Shown here piece by piece: positions 16,634 to 25,439 of a DNA stretch of 32,000 bases (the stretch's first letter is position 1; each line of letters opens with the position of its first letter). Made by a program: the position numbers and the translations under genes. The stretch is from NCBI RefSeq assembly GCF_000195955.2, contig NC_000962.3, positions 4,170,001-4,202,000 of the forward strand. Reading direction: 5' to 3'. Under the pieces are notes generated by a model. That model saw only the letters and a list, made by a program, of their open reading frames with translations, was not told where the DNA came from and searched no databases. The DNA comes from Mycobacterium tuberculosis H37Rv (GTDB lineage Bacteria > Actinomycetota > Actinomycetes > Mycobacteriales > Mycobacteriaceae).

Positions 16634-17695
16634 ATGTCCGTGGTGCGCGGGACCGCTCTGGCTAACTACCCGAGCCTGGTTGCCGGGTTGGGCGGTGACC
16701 CGGCCACTCTGCTACGGGCCGCGGGTGTTCGGGATCAGGATGTCGGCAACTATGACGCGTTCATTTCGATCCGGGCAGCGATTCGGGCAATCGAATCGGC
16801 CGCAGCGGTCACCGCCACAATGGATTTCGGGAGACGATTGGCACAGCGGCAAGGGATTGAGATCCTGGGACCGGTCGGTGTGGCGGCCCGCACGGCCGCC
16901 ACGGTCGGTGACGCTCTGGCGATCTTCAACACCTTCATGGCGGCCTACAGCCCAGTTATCGCCATCCGGATCACGCCGCTGGCCGGACAGCGGTCATTTA
17001 TTGCACTCGAGTTCCTGCTCGACGAGCCGGCGTCGTATCCGCAGACCATGGAGCTGGCGCTCGGGGTGGCGCTCGGGGTGATCCGGTTGTTGTTGGGCGC
17101 TGACTACGCCCCACTGGCCGTGCACTTACCCCACGACCCACTCACACCCGAAGCCTTCTACCTGCAGTACTTCGGCTGCCGGCCTTACTTCGCCGAACGT
17201 GTTGGTGGTTTCACCATGCGCACCGCGGACCTGAGCCGTCCCCTCAACCGCGACGATGTCGCCCACCGGGTGGTCGTCGACTACCTGAGCAGCATCACGC
17301 CGCTGGGCGAGGGGATCGTGGAATCGGTGCGCACCATCGTGCGCCAGCTGCTGCCCACCGGAGCGGCGACGCTCAACGTGGTCGCCGAGCAGTTCCACCT
17401 GCACCCGAAAACGCTGCAACGTCGACTTGCGGAGGAGAACACCACATTCGTTATTCTGGTCGATCGGGTCCGCAAGGATGTCGCTGATCGCTACCTAAGG
17501 ACCACCGGGATCGGCCTTACCCATTTGGCACGTGAACTGGGCTACGCCGAACAAAGCGTGTTGACCCGCTCGTGCAAACGCTGGTTCGGAACCGGACCGG
17601 CCGCCTACCGCAACCAGGCCAGGTTACAGACAACCGTGAGCGCACCTGGCAGCGGGCGTGGTCCGAATCCAGGTAACGTCTCAGTATCCTGCTGA
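16634..17695 (+). CDS. AraC/XylS-family transcriptional regulator (Rv3736-like)
   Basis: ATG 16634. The C-terminus has tandem HTH motifs: FHLHPKTLQRRLAEENTTF...LTHLARELGYAEQSVLTRSCKRWFGTGPAAYR. The N-terminus is an AraC-type ligand-binding-like region. Confidence 0.88.
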   Translation: MSVVRGTALANYPSLVAGLGGDPATLLRAAGVRDQDVGNYDAFISIRAAIRAIESAAAVTATMDFGRRLAQRQGIEILGPVGVAARTAATVGDALAIFNTFMAAYSPVIAIRITPLAGQRSFIALEFLLDEPASYPQTMELALGVALGVIRLLLGADYAPLAVHLPHDPLTPEAFYLQYFGCRPYFAERVGGFTMRTADLSRPLNRDDVAHRVVVDYLSSITPLGEGIVESVRTIVRQLLPTGAATLNVVAEQFHLHPKTLQRRLAEENTTFVILVDRVRKDVADRYLRTTGIGLTHLARELGYAEQSVLTRSCKRWFGTGPAAYRNQARLQTTVSAPGSGRGPNPGNVSVSC

Positions 17696-17698
17696 CCG

Positions 17699-19288
17699 AT
17701 GGATCAAGATCGATCGGACAACACGGCATTGCGCCGTGGTCTGCGAATTGCCCTGCGCGGGCGCCGCGATCCGCTGCCCGTGGCGGGCCGGCGGAGCCGG
17801 ACCTCCGGCGGAATCGATGACCTGCACACCCGGAAGGTGCTTGACCTGACCATCCGGCTCGCCGAGGTGATGTTGTCGTCCGGCTCTGGCACCGCGGATG
17901 TCGTCGCCACAGCCCAGGACGTGGCTCAGGCCTACCAGCTCACCGATTGCGTTGTCGACATCACCGTTACCACCATCATCGTGTCCGCGCTAGCGACCAC
18001 AGACACTCCGCCGGTCACCATCATGCGGTCGGTCCGGACCCGGTCCACTGACTACAGCCGGCTGGCCGAACTCGATCGACTCGTTCAGCGGATAACCTCC
18101 GGTGGCGTCGCAGTCGACCAGGCTCACGAGGCTATGGACGAGTTGACCGAACGGCCCCACCCCTACCCGCGCTGGCTCGCGACCGCGGGGGCGGCGGGCT
18201 TCGCACTCGGCGTCGCCATGTTGCTCGGCGGAACCTGGCTGACCTGCGTCTTGGCTGCCGTGACGTCTGGCGTGATCGACCGACTGGGCCGGCTGCTGAA
18301 CCGGATCGGGACCCCGTTGTTCTTCCAGCGCGTGTTCGGCGCGGGGATCGCGACCCTGGTCGCGGTGGCGGCTTACCTGATCGCCGGCCAGGATCCGACC
18401 GCGCTGGTGGCCACCGGAATCGTTGTGCTGCTGTCTGGGATGACCTTGGTGGGTTCGATGCAGGACGCGGTCACCGGGTACATGCTCACCGCACTCGCCC
18501 GGCTTGGCGACGCCCTGTTCCTGACCGCAGGGATCGTCGTCGGCATCCTCATCTCGTTGCGGGGCGTCACCAATGCCGGCATCCAGATCGAACTGCATGT
18601 CGACGCAACCACGACGCTCGCCACCCCGGGCATGCCGCTACCGATTCTCGTCGCGGTAAGCGGTGCGGCGCTGTCCGGCGTGTGCCTGACGATCGCGAGC
18701 TATGCGCCGCTACGTTCTGTGGCCACCGCCGGACTCTCGGCCGGACTCGCCGAACTGGTGCTCATCGGACTCGGCGCGGCCGGGTTCGGCCGAGTGGTCG
18801 CCACCTGGACCGCCGCGATCGGCGTCGGCTTCTTGGCCACCCTGATCTCAATCCGTCGGCAGGCTCCCGCCTTGGTGACGGCCACCGCCGGCATCATGCC
18901 GATGCTGCCGGGCCTTGCGGTCTTCCGTGCCGTGTTCGCGTTCGCCGTCAATGACACACCCGACGGCGGTCTGACCCAGCTGCTGGAAGCGGCCGCGACT
19001 GCACTCGCGCTTGGCAGCGGGGTGGTGTTGGGCGAGTTCCTCGCCTCACCATTGCGGTACGGCGCCGGCCGGATCGGCGACCTCTTTCGGATCGAGGGTC
19101 CACCCGGGCTCCGGCGGGCGGTCGGCCGTGTGGTGCGCCTACAGCCGGCCAAGAGCCAGCAGCCGACCGGCACCGGTGGCCAACGGTGGCGAAGCGTCGC
19201 GCTGGAGCCGACGACGGCCGACGACGTGGACGCCGGCTATCGCGGCGATTGGCCCGCTACCTGCACCAGCGCGACCGAGGTGCGCTAG
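17699..19288 (+). CDS. ThrE-family (threonine/serine exporter-like) membrane protein (Rv3737-like)
   Basis: ATG 17699 lies 3 nt after the AraC stop. Length 529 aa. A cytoplasmic N-terminus is followed by about 10 hydrophobic helices in two blocks, the DUF1212/DUF3815-like organisation. Confidence 0.82.
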   Translation: MDQDRSDNTALRRGLRIALRGRRDPLPVAGRRSRTSGGIDDLHTRKVLDLTIRLAEVMLSSGSGTADVVATAQDVAQAYQLTDCVVDITVTTIIVSALATTDTPPVTIMRSVRTRSTDYSRLAELDRLVQRITSGGVAVDQAHEAMDELTERPHPYPRWLATAGAAGFALGVAMLLGGTWLTCVLAAVTSGVIDRLGRLLNRIGTPLFFQRVFGAGIATLVAVAAYLIAGQDPTALVATGIVVLLSGMTLVGSMQDAVTGYMLTALARLGDALFLTAGIVVGILISLRGVTNAGIQIELHVDATTTLATPGMPLPILVAVSGAALSGVCLTIASYAPLRSVATAGLSAGLAELVLIGLGAAGFGRVVATWTAAIGVGFLATLISIRRQAPALVTATAGIMPMLPGLAVFRAVFAFAVNDTPDGGLTQLLEAAATALALGSGVVLGEFLASPLRYGAGRIGDLFRIEGPPGLRRAVGRVVRLQPAKSQQPTGTGGQRWRSVALEPTTADDVDAGYRGDWPATCTSATEVR

Positions 19289-20232
19289 CCAGCCTCGCCA
19301 GCGCCGACCAACTGCTCCCAGCTAGCGGGCACCATCGGCACCGACGGACTACCCCCGAACTCACCACCGGCCAACGTGGTCAACCCCGCAGGACGCCCAA
19401 CGGACTCCTTGCCAGCGGTCCCGGCAAACCCCAACACGCCGGCACCCCGATCCGAAGCCAGCACCGACGCCGACGTGCCCGCGGGAGCTGGCGCCACCGC
19501 CGACACCAGCCTGGCCTCCGGTCGCACCGCGGCAGACTCACGCAACGGCGGCGCCGCTGCAGGTCGTACGGCAACGGGCGCCACGTCCGCCGTCTTTAGG
19601 CCCACTTCGATAGCCTGCGCGTCCGCACTCGCCAGGTCCGCGAGGTACTGGCCAACGCCGATAGGCACCGCAGTCGACAACGAAGTCGACAACGAGGTCG
19701 GCACCGCAATCACGGAGCCGGTGAGCACAAATGGCGATGCGATCACAAGGAGCGGCGGGCCGAAGATGATCGCCAGGACCGCAAAGACGATCGCGTATGC
19801 GAAGATCACGAGCGGCAAGATGAGCACGATGATGATCGTGTATGCGACGATTGCAAACAGGATCTCGAGCGATATCAGAAAGAGCTGAATCAATATCTCG
19901 ATGATGATCCCGATGATGCTGGCGGGGTCCAACGTTGCGGCGGAGATCGCCGGCAGGGCGCTGGCAACGCCAGCACCGCCGTTGAACAGTACCGGAGCCG
20001 GTGTGGTTTGCGGTGCCGACGCCAGCGCCGCATCGGAGGTGCCCTCATAGATACTCATCGTGGTGGCCGCCTGAATCCACATCCGCGCATAGTCGGCCTC
20101 ATTGAGCGCGATCGGGATCGTATTGATTCCAAAGAAATTCGTTCCCAGCAACACCGCATGGCTGGTGTGATTAGCGGCCAACTCGGTCAGCGTCGGCATC
20201 GCCGCCAGCGCGCTGGCATATGCCGTGGTCAT
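19285..20232 (-). CDS. PPE66: PPE family protein, C-terminal portion of a split PPE gene
   Basis: 315-aa ORF. It begins inside the conserved PPE N-domain ([19 protein letters not shown]...[23 protein letters not shown]). It ends with GFAGTAGKE and [11 protein letters not shown], the SVP-type C-terminal motifs. Confidence 0.88.
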   Translation of the reverse strand: MTTAYASALAAMPTLTELAANHTSHAVLLGTNFFGINTIPIALNEADYARMWIQAATTMSIYEGTSDAALASAPQTTPAPVLFNGGAGVASALPAISAATLDPASIIGIIIEILIQLFLISLEILFAIVAYTIIIVLILPLVIFAYAIVFAVLAIIFGPPLLVIASPFVLTGSVIAVPTSLSTSLSTAVPIGVGQYLADLASADAQAIEVGLKTADVAPVAVRPAAAPPLRESAAVRPEARLVSAVAPAPAGTSASVLASDRGAGVLGFAGTAGKESVGRPAGLTTLAGGEFGGSPSVPMVPASWEQLVGAGEAG

Positions 20233-20283
20233 AACCTCATGCTGGGTGGCCAGCCGCGCACTGTCGGCACTGGATTTAGTTAG

Positions 20284-20517
20284 CTAGGCTAGATAAGGTA
20301 GGTGGGCGGCCACATAAGCTTCGGCGCTCGGACCCTCCCACGCCCCGCCCTGTACCGCTGCCAGCACCGCAGTGAGCTCTTGGGCTGCCGAAGCATACTC
20401 CGCACTCAGCGATGTCCATTCCGCGGCAGCCGCCTGCAACGAAGCCGGGCCCGGACCGGCGCTGAGCAACGCCGAATGCACCTCCGGCGGCGAGGCAAAC
20501 CAGATGGGCGCCGTCAT
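20284..20517 (-). CDS. PPE67: PPE family protein, N-terminal 77-aa fragment of the same split gene
   Basis: [27 protein letters not shown]... is the canonical PPE N-terminus. An AGGGGG SD sits about 8 nt upstream. The ORF ends at an in-frame TAG (reverse complement of cta 20284-20286), 17 codons before the PPE66 ATG. Confidence 0.88.
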   Translation of the reverse strand: MTAPIWFASPPEVHSALLSAGPGPASLQAAAAEWTSLSAEYASAAQELTAVLAAVQGGAWEGPSAEAYVAAHLPYLA

Positions 20518-20832
20518 AGTGAGCCCCCTGAAACCGAATCCACCGCCGGCGACAGCGCGGCCGCCGCCAAACCATCAGGAACTACCCCCTGCGTCACTCC
20601 TCGTACTCCTTCGGTCATCTCACCGACCAACCGCAGCCGAAAGCCGGTCAGTCAACTGACTGGGCCAAGTCGCACACATGACGGACTATAGATCTCACGC
20701 AATATAGCGATAATCGATCATTTCCACGAGCTACGATGCTCGAGTTGCCCAGCCAGCAAGATACGTCCCTTTACACCAGGCAGATAAACTGGGCTGGCTT
20801 TGGTCAAACCCAGCGCGACCCGCAGCACTTCC

Positions 20833-22188
20833 TCATAGCCCGACCGCGCGCTCCAGTTCCTTCAACGAGGTCTCCAGATGGCTGAGTACCCGCTGCACGT
20901 GTGGAACGCTGCGGCGGCAACCCACGACTCCGAAGTCGAGACTATCGGCGGTGCTGGTCAGGGTGATGTTGAGCGCTTGTCCGTCGAGCACCAACGACAT
21001 TGGATAGTTGCCGACCATCCTGGCGCCGTTGAAGTACAGCGGTTCGCGCGCACCGGGCACGTTCGAGATGCACACATTAAACGGCGGTGGCGTTGCCTTG
21101 GCCAAGCCCGGCAGGGTGTTCAGCGCAGCTGGGCTCAACAGCAGCAGTGACACCGCCAACGCCTGGGCGCGGGGCAGCTGCGATAGTACGTTCTTATTAC
21201 CGCGCATCGAAGCGTGGATGGCGTTCAGCCGGTCGGCTGGATCATCAAGGTGGGTGGCCAGATTACACAACACCGCCCCGACCATGTTGCCGCCGACCGA
21301 GTCGCGGTCGGTGCGCAGGCTCACCGGAACCATCGCAACCAGCGGCGTGTCCGGCAGCGCGTCGTTGTCGTCCAGATATTCGCGAAGTGCGCCGGCGCAC
21401 ATCGCCAGCACCACGTCGTTGAGGCTGACCCCGGCCGCGTCTTTCACCGCCTTGACCCGGTCCAACGGCCAGGACTGCGCGGCGCAGCGCCGCGCTCCCC
21501 CGACGGCGACATTGAGCATGGTGTGCGGGGCCCCGAAGGGCAGTGTCAACTGTTGTTCGATCAACGCGGAACGCGCCAGTCGCAACGTTGAGGGAGCGAG
21601 CCCGGCAACCGATCCCAGCATGCCCCCCAGCTGTTGCAGGCGGCCGCGCCGTCGCTTGATGGCGGTGTGCTGCGTCGCCGGTGACCAGGCGGTGCGCAAC
21701 TTGCCCTCGATGGGGTCGGTGGTCATCGGCTGGCGCATCAGCGTAAGTCCGGACACCCCGTCGACCAGGGCGTGGTGCATCTTCGAATAGATCGCAAAGC
21801 GTCCATCCCGGAGGCCCTCGATCACGTGTGTTTCCCAGAGCGGGCGGTGCCGGTCGAGCAGATTGGAGTGTAACCGTGACGTCAGTTCCAGCAGCTCACG
21901 CACCCGGCCCGGCGCCGGCAGGGCAGACCGCCGCGCGTGGTAGCCGAGGTCGACGTCAGCGTCGGTCGACCAGCCGAGGTTGATGAGTGCACCGTGAAGC
22001 GACGTGGGGCGCTTGCGAAATAGCGGTGCTATCTCGCGGCACTGAAGCATCGCCTGATAGGTTTCCCGCACAAACCCACGTCCCGCCCCCGCGGGTGGCT
22101 CGAACAGTTGCAGCGCGCCGACATGCAGCGGATGCTCTCGCGACTCGGCTGATAAGAACAGCGCATCGATCGGTGACATCAGTTCCAT
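20833..22188 (-). CDS. Wax ester synthase/diacylglycerol acyltransferase paralogue (Rv3740c-like)
   Basis: MELMSPIDALFLSAESREHPLHVGAL. The catalytic HHALVDGVS motif is present. An AGGAG SD lies 6 nt upstream of ATG 22188; an alternative ATG at 22179 would give 448 aa. The 651-aa extended ORF in the supplied track is an upstream read-through artefact. Confidence 0.88.
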   Translation of the reverse strand: MELMSPIDALFLSAESREHPLHVGALQLFEPPAGAGRGFVRETYQAMLQCREIAPLFRKRPTSLHGALINLGWSTDADVDLGYHARRSALPAPGRVRELLELTSRLHSNLLDRHRPLWETHVIEGLRDGRFAIYSKMHHALVDGVSGLTLMRQPMTTDPIEGKLRTAWSPATQHTAIKRRRGRLQQLGGMLGSVAGLAPSTLRLARSALIEQQLTLPFGAPHTMLNVAVGGARRCAAQSWPLDRVKAVKDAAGVSLNDVVLAMCAGALREYLDDNDALPDTPLVAMVPVSLRTDRDSVGGNMVGAVLCNLATHLDDPADRLNAIHASMRGNKNVLSQLPRAQALAVSLLLLSPAALNTLPGLAKATPPPFNVCISNVPGAREPLYFNGARMVGNYPMSLVLDGQALNITLTSTADSLDFGVVGCRRSVPHVQRVLSHLETSLKELERAVGL

Positions 22189-22853
22189 GGCGTGCTCCTG
22201 GTGATGCGCTTCACCGTCAGCCGGCTCGCCGAAGCCGACGTCGTAAAGCGCAGGTGATCGTCGTCGACCGGGCCCTCGCGCAACACCTTGAGGTCCGCCA
22301 GGGGGCTTCGGCGCCCTGCAGCGGCCGGGTCGGCATGGCTGCGGGCAGCTGCGGACAGCAGATGGTGTGCCCGGGTGCGTCCATGTGGGCCGGCGAAGTT
22401 GGACACGTCGCTGAGCAGGAAACCCTTGAATGCCACCTTCTCGGCAACGTCCACGGCGACTCCGTCGACCGAGAGGTTGATGCCACCGAAGGCCAGCAGA
22501 TTGAGGCCGGTGGCAGTGATGCTGATGTCGGCCGCCAATTCGCGTCCGGATTGCAGCCGGATTCCGTTTTCGGTAAAAGTATCGATCGCCTCGGTGACCA
22601 CCGAGGCCCGGCCGTCGCGGATGGCCTTGAACATGTCGGCATCTGGCACCGCGCACAGGCGTTGGTCCCATGGGTTGTAGACCGGCTTGAAGTGCTCGTC
22701 GGCCGGATATCCGGCGGCCAGCTGCTTGGCGTTGAGATGACGGATCAGTCGCCGGGCGGCTCTCGGATACCGTTGGCATAACCGCCACACCAACCGTTGC
22801 TTGGCGATGTCTTTGCGCCGGGTGACGGCGTAGGCCCGATCGCGGCCTATCAT
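22179..22853 (-). pseudogene. C-terminal fragment of an EthA-like Baeyer-Villiger flavin monooxygenase (Rv3741c-like)
   Basis: It contains HFKPVYNPWDQRLCAVPDADMFKAIRDGRASVVTEAIDTFTENGIRLQSGRELAADISITATGLNLLAFGG, which matches the second half of EthA-type BVMOs. Similarity then jumps to another frame (AHMDAPGHT) and back again (LREGPVDDDHLRF). Confidence 0.75.
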
Positions 22854-23245
22854 TTGGGCATGGTTACCGCGCCGGCGGTCTGGGCCATGGCCGGCACCAG
22901 CGTGACCGCGGTCGCGCCGCTGCCGATGATCACCATCCGCAGCTCATGGTGACGTGTTCGCCGGTGTCGAAGCGTTCGATCTCCACCAGCCAGCGAGCGT
23001 CCTCGGTGGACCATGATGGCGTCCGCGCTGGCGGTCGCCTTCTCGTGCTGCCACGGCTTGAACTCATAGCTGAACGTGTGCAGGTCGGAGTCGGATCGAA
23101 TTGCTGGATACCGGGCTTCAACGATCGCGAATGTCTTGGCCGGCTGCATTGTCTTTAGGTAGTAGGCGGCGCCAGTGCCGGAGATGCCGGCGCCAACGAT
23201 CAGCACGTCGACGTGTTCGATGCTGGCTGACTGCTCGGAGTGCAC
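22850..23245 (-). pseudogene. N-terminal fragment of the same EthA-like monooxygenase (Rv3742c-like)
   Basis: GTG 23245. HVDVLIVGAGISGTGAAYYLK is the FAD fold. In EAR|YPAIRSDSDLHTF the expected GGTWDLFR block is absent. MVIIGSGATAVTLVPAMA is the NADP fold. The stop overlaps the next fragment's ATG (ATGA at 22850-22853). Confidence 0.75.
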
Positions 23246-23345
23246 GGCGTACTTCCTGTTCGGGCGAAGGCTGACCCGCGACTTCGTTGTCAACCGGGGG
23301 TGGTGTGCGTCACCGAACTCACTGTGCACCAGCACTCGGCCTTGA

Positions 23346-23384
23346 GTCTTGACACTAGAAGACAACAATTTGACTTTTCAAGAC
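23346..23384. promoter_or_regulatory. AT-rich repeat element: TTGAC-N5-AAGAC twice with 21-bp period, bracketed by the inverted repeat GTCTTGA/TCAAGAC
   Basis: Read directly: ttgac actag aagac at 23349-23363 and ttgac ttttc aagac at 23370-23384. gtcttga at 23346-23352 is the reverse complement of tcaagac at 23378-23384. It lies between the ctpJ stop (23391) and the monooxygenase remnant. Confidence 0.35.
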
Positions 23385-23390
23385 ACAGCG

Positions 23391-25373
23391 TCACCTGTGC
23401 GCGGTGCCAGCGGCGCGGCGCCAGGCCGTGTGGCGCAGTAGGCGCAGCCCATTGAGTCCGACGATGATGGTGGAACCTTCGTGTCGGGCGACGCCCAGTG
23501 GCAATGGCAACGTGAAGGCCAGGTCCCACACAACGAGCCCGGCGATGAATGTCACGGCCACGATGAGGTTGGCGACCACGATGCGGCGGGCTCGCCGCGA
23601 CATGGCGATAACGGTGGGAATGGTGGTCAGGTCATCGCGGACGACGACGGCGTCGGCGGTCTGCAGGGTGAGTTCCGATCGGGCGCTGCCCATGGCGATG
23701 CCGACATGCGCGGCCGCTAAGGCCGGAGCGTCGTTGATACCGTCACCGACCACGGTCAATCTGGCACCTCCAGCTTGCAGCTGCCGCACGGCTGCGACCT
23801 TGTCGTCGGGCAGTAGCCCGGCCCGTACGTCGTCGATGCCAACCTGTACACCGAGCCGATCGGCGGTGGCCCGGTTGTCGCCGGTAAGCAATACCGGTTT
23901 GGCCCCGGTCAGTTTGGTCGCAGCGGAAATCGCCGCGGCGGCTTCGGGGCGAAGCTGATCGGTGATGGCGAGTAGCCCGACGGGATGGCTATCGCATACC
24001 ACGACGACGACGGTGTAGCCCTCGCCTTGCAGAAAGTCGACCGCCGTGATCATGGAAGCTTCGAGCGCGGCGGCGCCGGCAGTGCCCAGCAGTGCCGTCG
24101 CCGATCCGACCGCAATGACGTGGCCATCGACGCGGGCGGTGACACGGCAACCTGGGTGTGCGGTGAACTCGCCGACGGTCGGCAGCCGGATGCGGCGAGA
24201 CTGGGCGGCTTTCACGATGGCCGCACCCAGTGGGTGCTCACTGGGATACTCCGCTGCAGCCGCAAGCCGCAGCAGTTCATCATCGGTGAATCGTCGTTCG
24301 TACACCCAGATGCCGGCGAGTTCGGGGGTACCGCGGGTAAGGGTGCCGGTCTTGTCGAACGCGATCCGTGTGGTGGTTCCAAGTTGTTCCATCACGATCG
24401 CGGACTTGGCGAGCACCCCGTGGCGGCCGGCGTTGGCGATTGCGGCCAATAGTGGCGGCATGGTGGCCAGCACGACCGCACACGGCGACGCGACGATCAT
24501 GAACGTCATGGCTCGCAGCAACGCCCGCTGCAGGGTCTCCCCCCATAGCGGGGGCACCGCGAATACGGCGAGGGTCACGGCGACCATGCCGATCGAGTAG
24601 CGTTGTTCGACTTTCTCGATGAACAGCTGGGTGCGCGCCTTGGTCTGGCTGGCCTGTTCAACCAGGGTGGCAATGCGAGCGACGACGGAATCCCGCGCGA
24701 GCCGGTCGACCCGGATCCGCAGGGCGCCGGTGCCGTTGACAGTGCCGGCGAACACCTGATCGCCGATTGACTTGTCGACGGGCAGCGGCTCTCCGGTGAC
24801 GGTGGCCTGATCGACTTCGCTGCCGCCGGCAAGCACGGTTGCGTCCGCCGAGATGCGCTCACCGGGCCGTACCAGCACGATGTCCCCAATCCTTAGGTCG
24901 GCGGCGTTGACCGTTTCCTCACCACCGCCGGCGCCCACGCGGGTCGCGGTGCCCGGCGCGAGGCCCATTAGCCCACGCACCGAGTCCGCGGTGCGGGCCG
25001 TTACCAGTGCTTCCAGAGCACCGGAGGTTGCGAAGATGACAATGAGCAGAGCGCCCTCGGCGATCTGCCCGATGGCGGCCGCGCCGATCGCCGCGACCAC
25101 CATCAGCAGATCGACATCTAGGGTCCTTCGCTGTAGCGCCTGTAGCCCGGCCAGCCCTGGCTCCCAACCGCCGGTCGCGTAGCACGCCAGAAACAGCGCC
25201 CACCGCACCCATTGCGGTGCTCCGCACAGCTGTGTCAGTAGTCCCGCTGAAAACAGGCCCAACGCCAGCGCGGCCCAACGCATCTCCGACAACGCGAACA
25301 GCTTGGTTCGGCGCGCTAGGACCAACGGCGACGCTGAGGTGCACCGGGCGGGAGAGAGTTCACGAACAGCCAC
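23391..25373 (-). CDS. ctpJ: P1B-4-type heavy-metal (Co2+/Ni2+) exporting ATPase
   Basis: 660 aa, GTG start. It has the SPC transmembrane metal motif (24480-24488), DKTGTLT phosphorylation site, GDGINDAPAL hinge and HEGSTIIVGLNGLRLL in the last TM. There is no N-terminal CxxC metal-binding domain. It is divergent from nmtR. Confidence 0.93.
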   Translation of the reverse strand: MAVRELSPARCTSASPLVLARRTKLFALSEMRWAALALGLFSAGLLTQLCGAPQWVRWALFLACYATGGWEPGLAGLQALQRRTLDVDLLMVVAAIGAAAIGQIAEGALLIVIFATSGALEALVTARTADSVRGLMGLAPGTATRVGAGGGEETVNAADLRIGDIVLVRPGERISADATVLAGGSEVDQATVTGEPLPVDKSIGDQVFAGTVNGTGALRIRVDRLARDSVVARIATLVEQASQTKARTQLFIEKVEQRYSIGMVAVTLAVFAVPPLWGETLQRALLRAMTFMIVASPCAVVLATMPPLLAAIANAGRHGVLAKSAIVMEQLGTTTRIAFDKTGTLTRGTPELAGIWVYERRFTDDELLRLAAAAEYPSEHPLGAAIVKAAQSRRIRLPTVGEFTAHPGCRVTARVDGHVIAVGSATALLGTAGAAALEASMITAVDFLQGEGYTVVVVVCDSHPVGLLAITDQLRPEAAAAISAATKLTGAKPVLLTGDNRATADRLGVQVGIDDVRAGLLPDDKVAAVRQLQAGGARLTVVGDGINDAPALAAAHVGIAMGSARSELTLQTADAVVVRDDLTTIPTVIAMSRRARRIVVANLIVAVTFIAGLVVWDLAFTLPLPLGVARHEGSTIIVGLNGLRLLRHTAWRRAAGTAHR

Positions 25374-25379
25374 CCGGCC

Positions 25380-25407
25380 AACATATCAGAATATATGATC
25401 ATATGTT
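25380..25407. promoter_or_regulatory. Imperfect 12-4-12 inverted repeat in the ctpJ-nmtR intergenic region: likely NmtR (ArsR/SmtB-type) operator overlapping divergent promoters
   Basis: In aacatatcagaa-tata-tgatcatatgtt the arms match at 9 of 12 positions. It sits in a 45-bp AT-rich patch within a 66-bp divergent spacer. TANNNT-type -10 candidates (TATGAT on +, TATATT on -) lie inside the repeat. Confidence 0.7.
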
Positions 25408-25439
25408 CATTTATTTCTTTGGGGATAGGCTGCCTAACC

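Noticed and set aside
19285-19288. Shared palindromic CTAG forming the stop codons of both convergent genes (ThrE-like and PPE66)
   Set aside because: This is a curiosity of compact genomes with no functional implication I can support.
20644-20663. Small hairpin ccggtcag-tcaa-ctgactgg in the PPE67 upstream region, and a 7-bp/36-nt-loop repeat at about 20745-20800
   Set aside because: The stems are short, with a mismatch or an oversized loop, and there is no supporting context. Such repeats are likely chance occurrences.
20701-20706. TATATT hexamer (minus strand) in the AT-rich patch upstream of PPE67, considered as its -10 element
   Set aside because: It is plausible, but there is no -35 or extended -10 support and it implies a leader of about 185 nt. 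It cannot be supported without TSS data.
20833-22788. 651-aa ORF extending the second WS/DGAT gene 600 bp upstream
   Set aside because: The WS/DGAT similarity begins at MELMSPID, which has an AGGAG SD. The upstream extension is low-complexity and overlaps the monooxygenase remnant in another frame.
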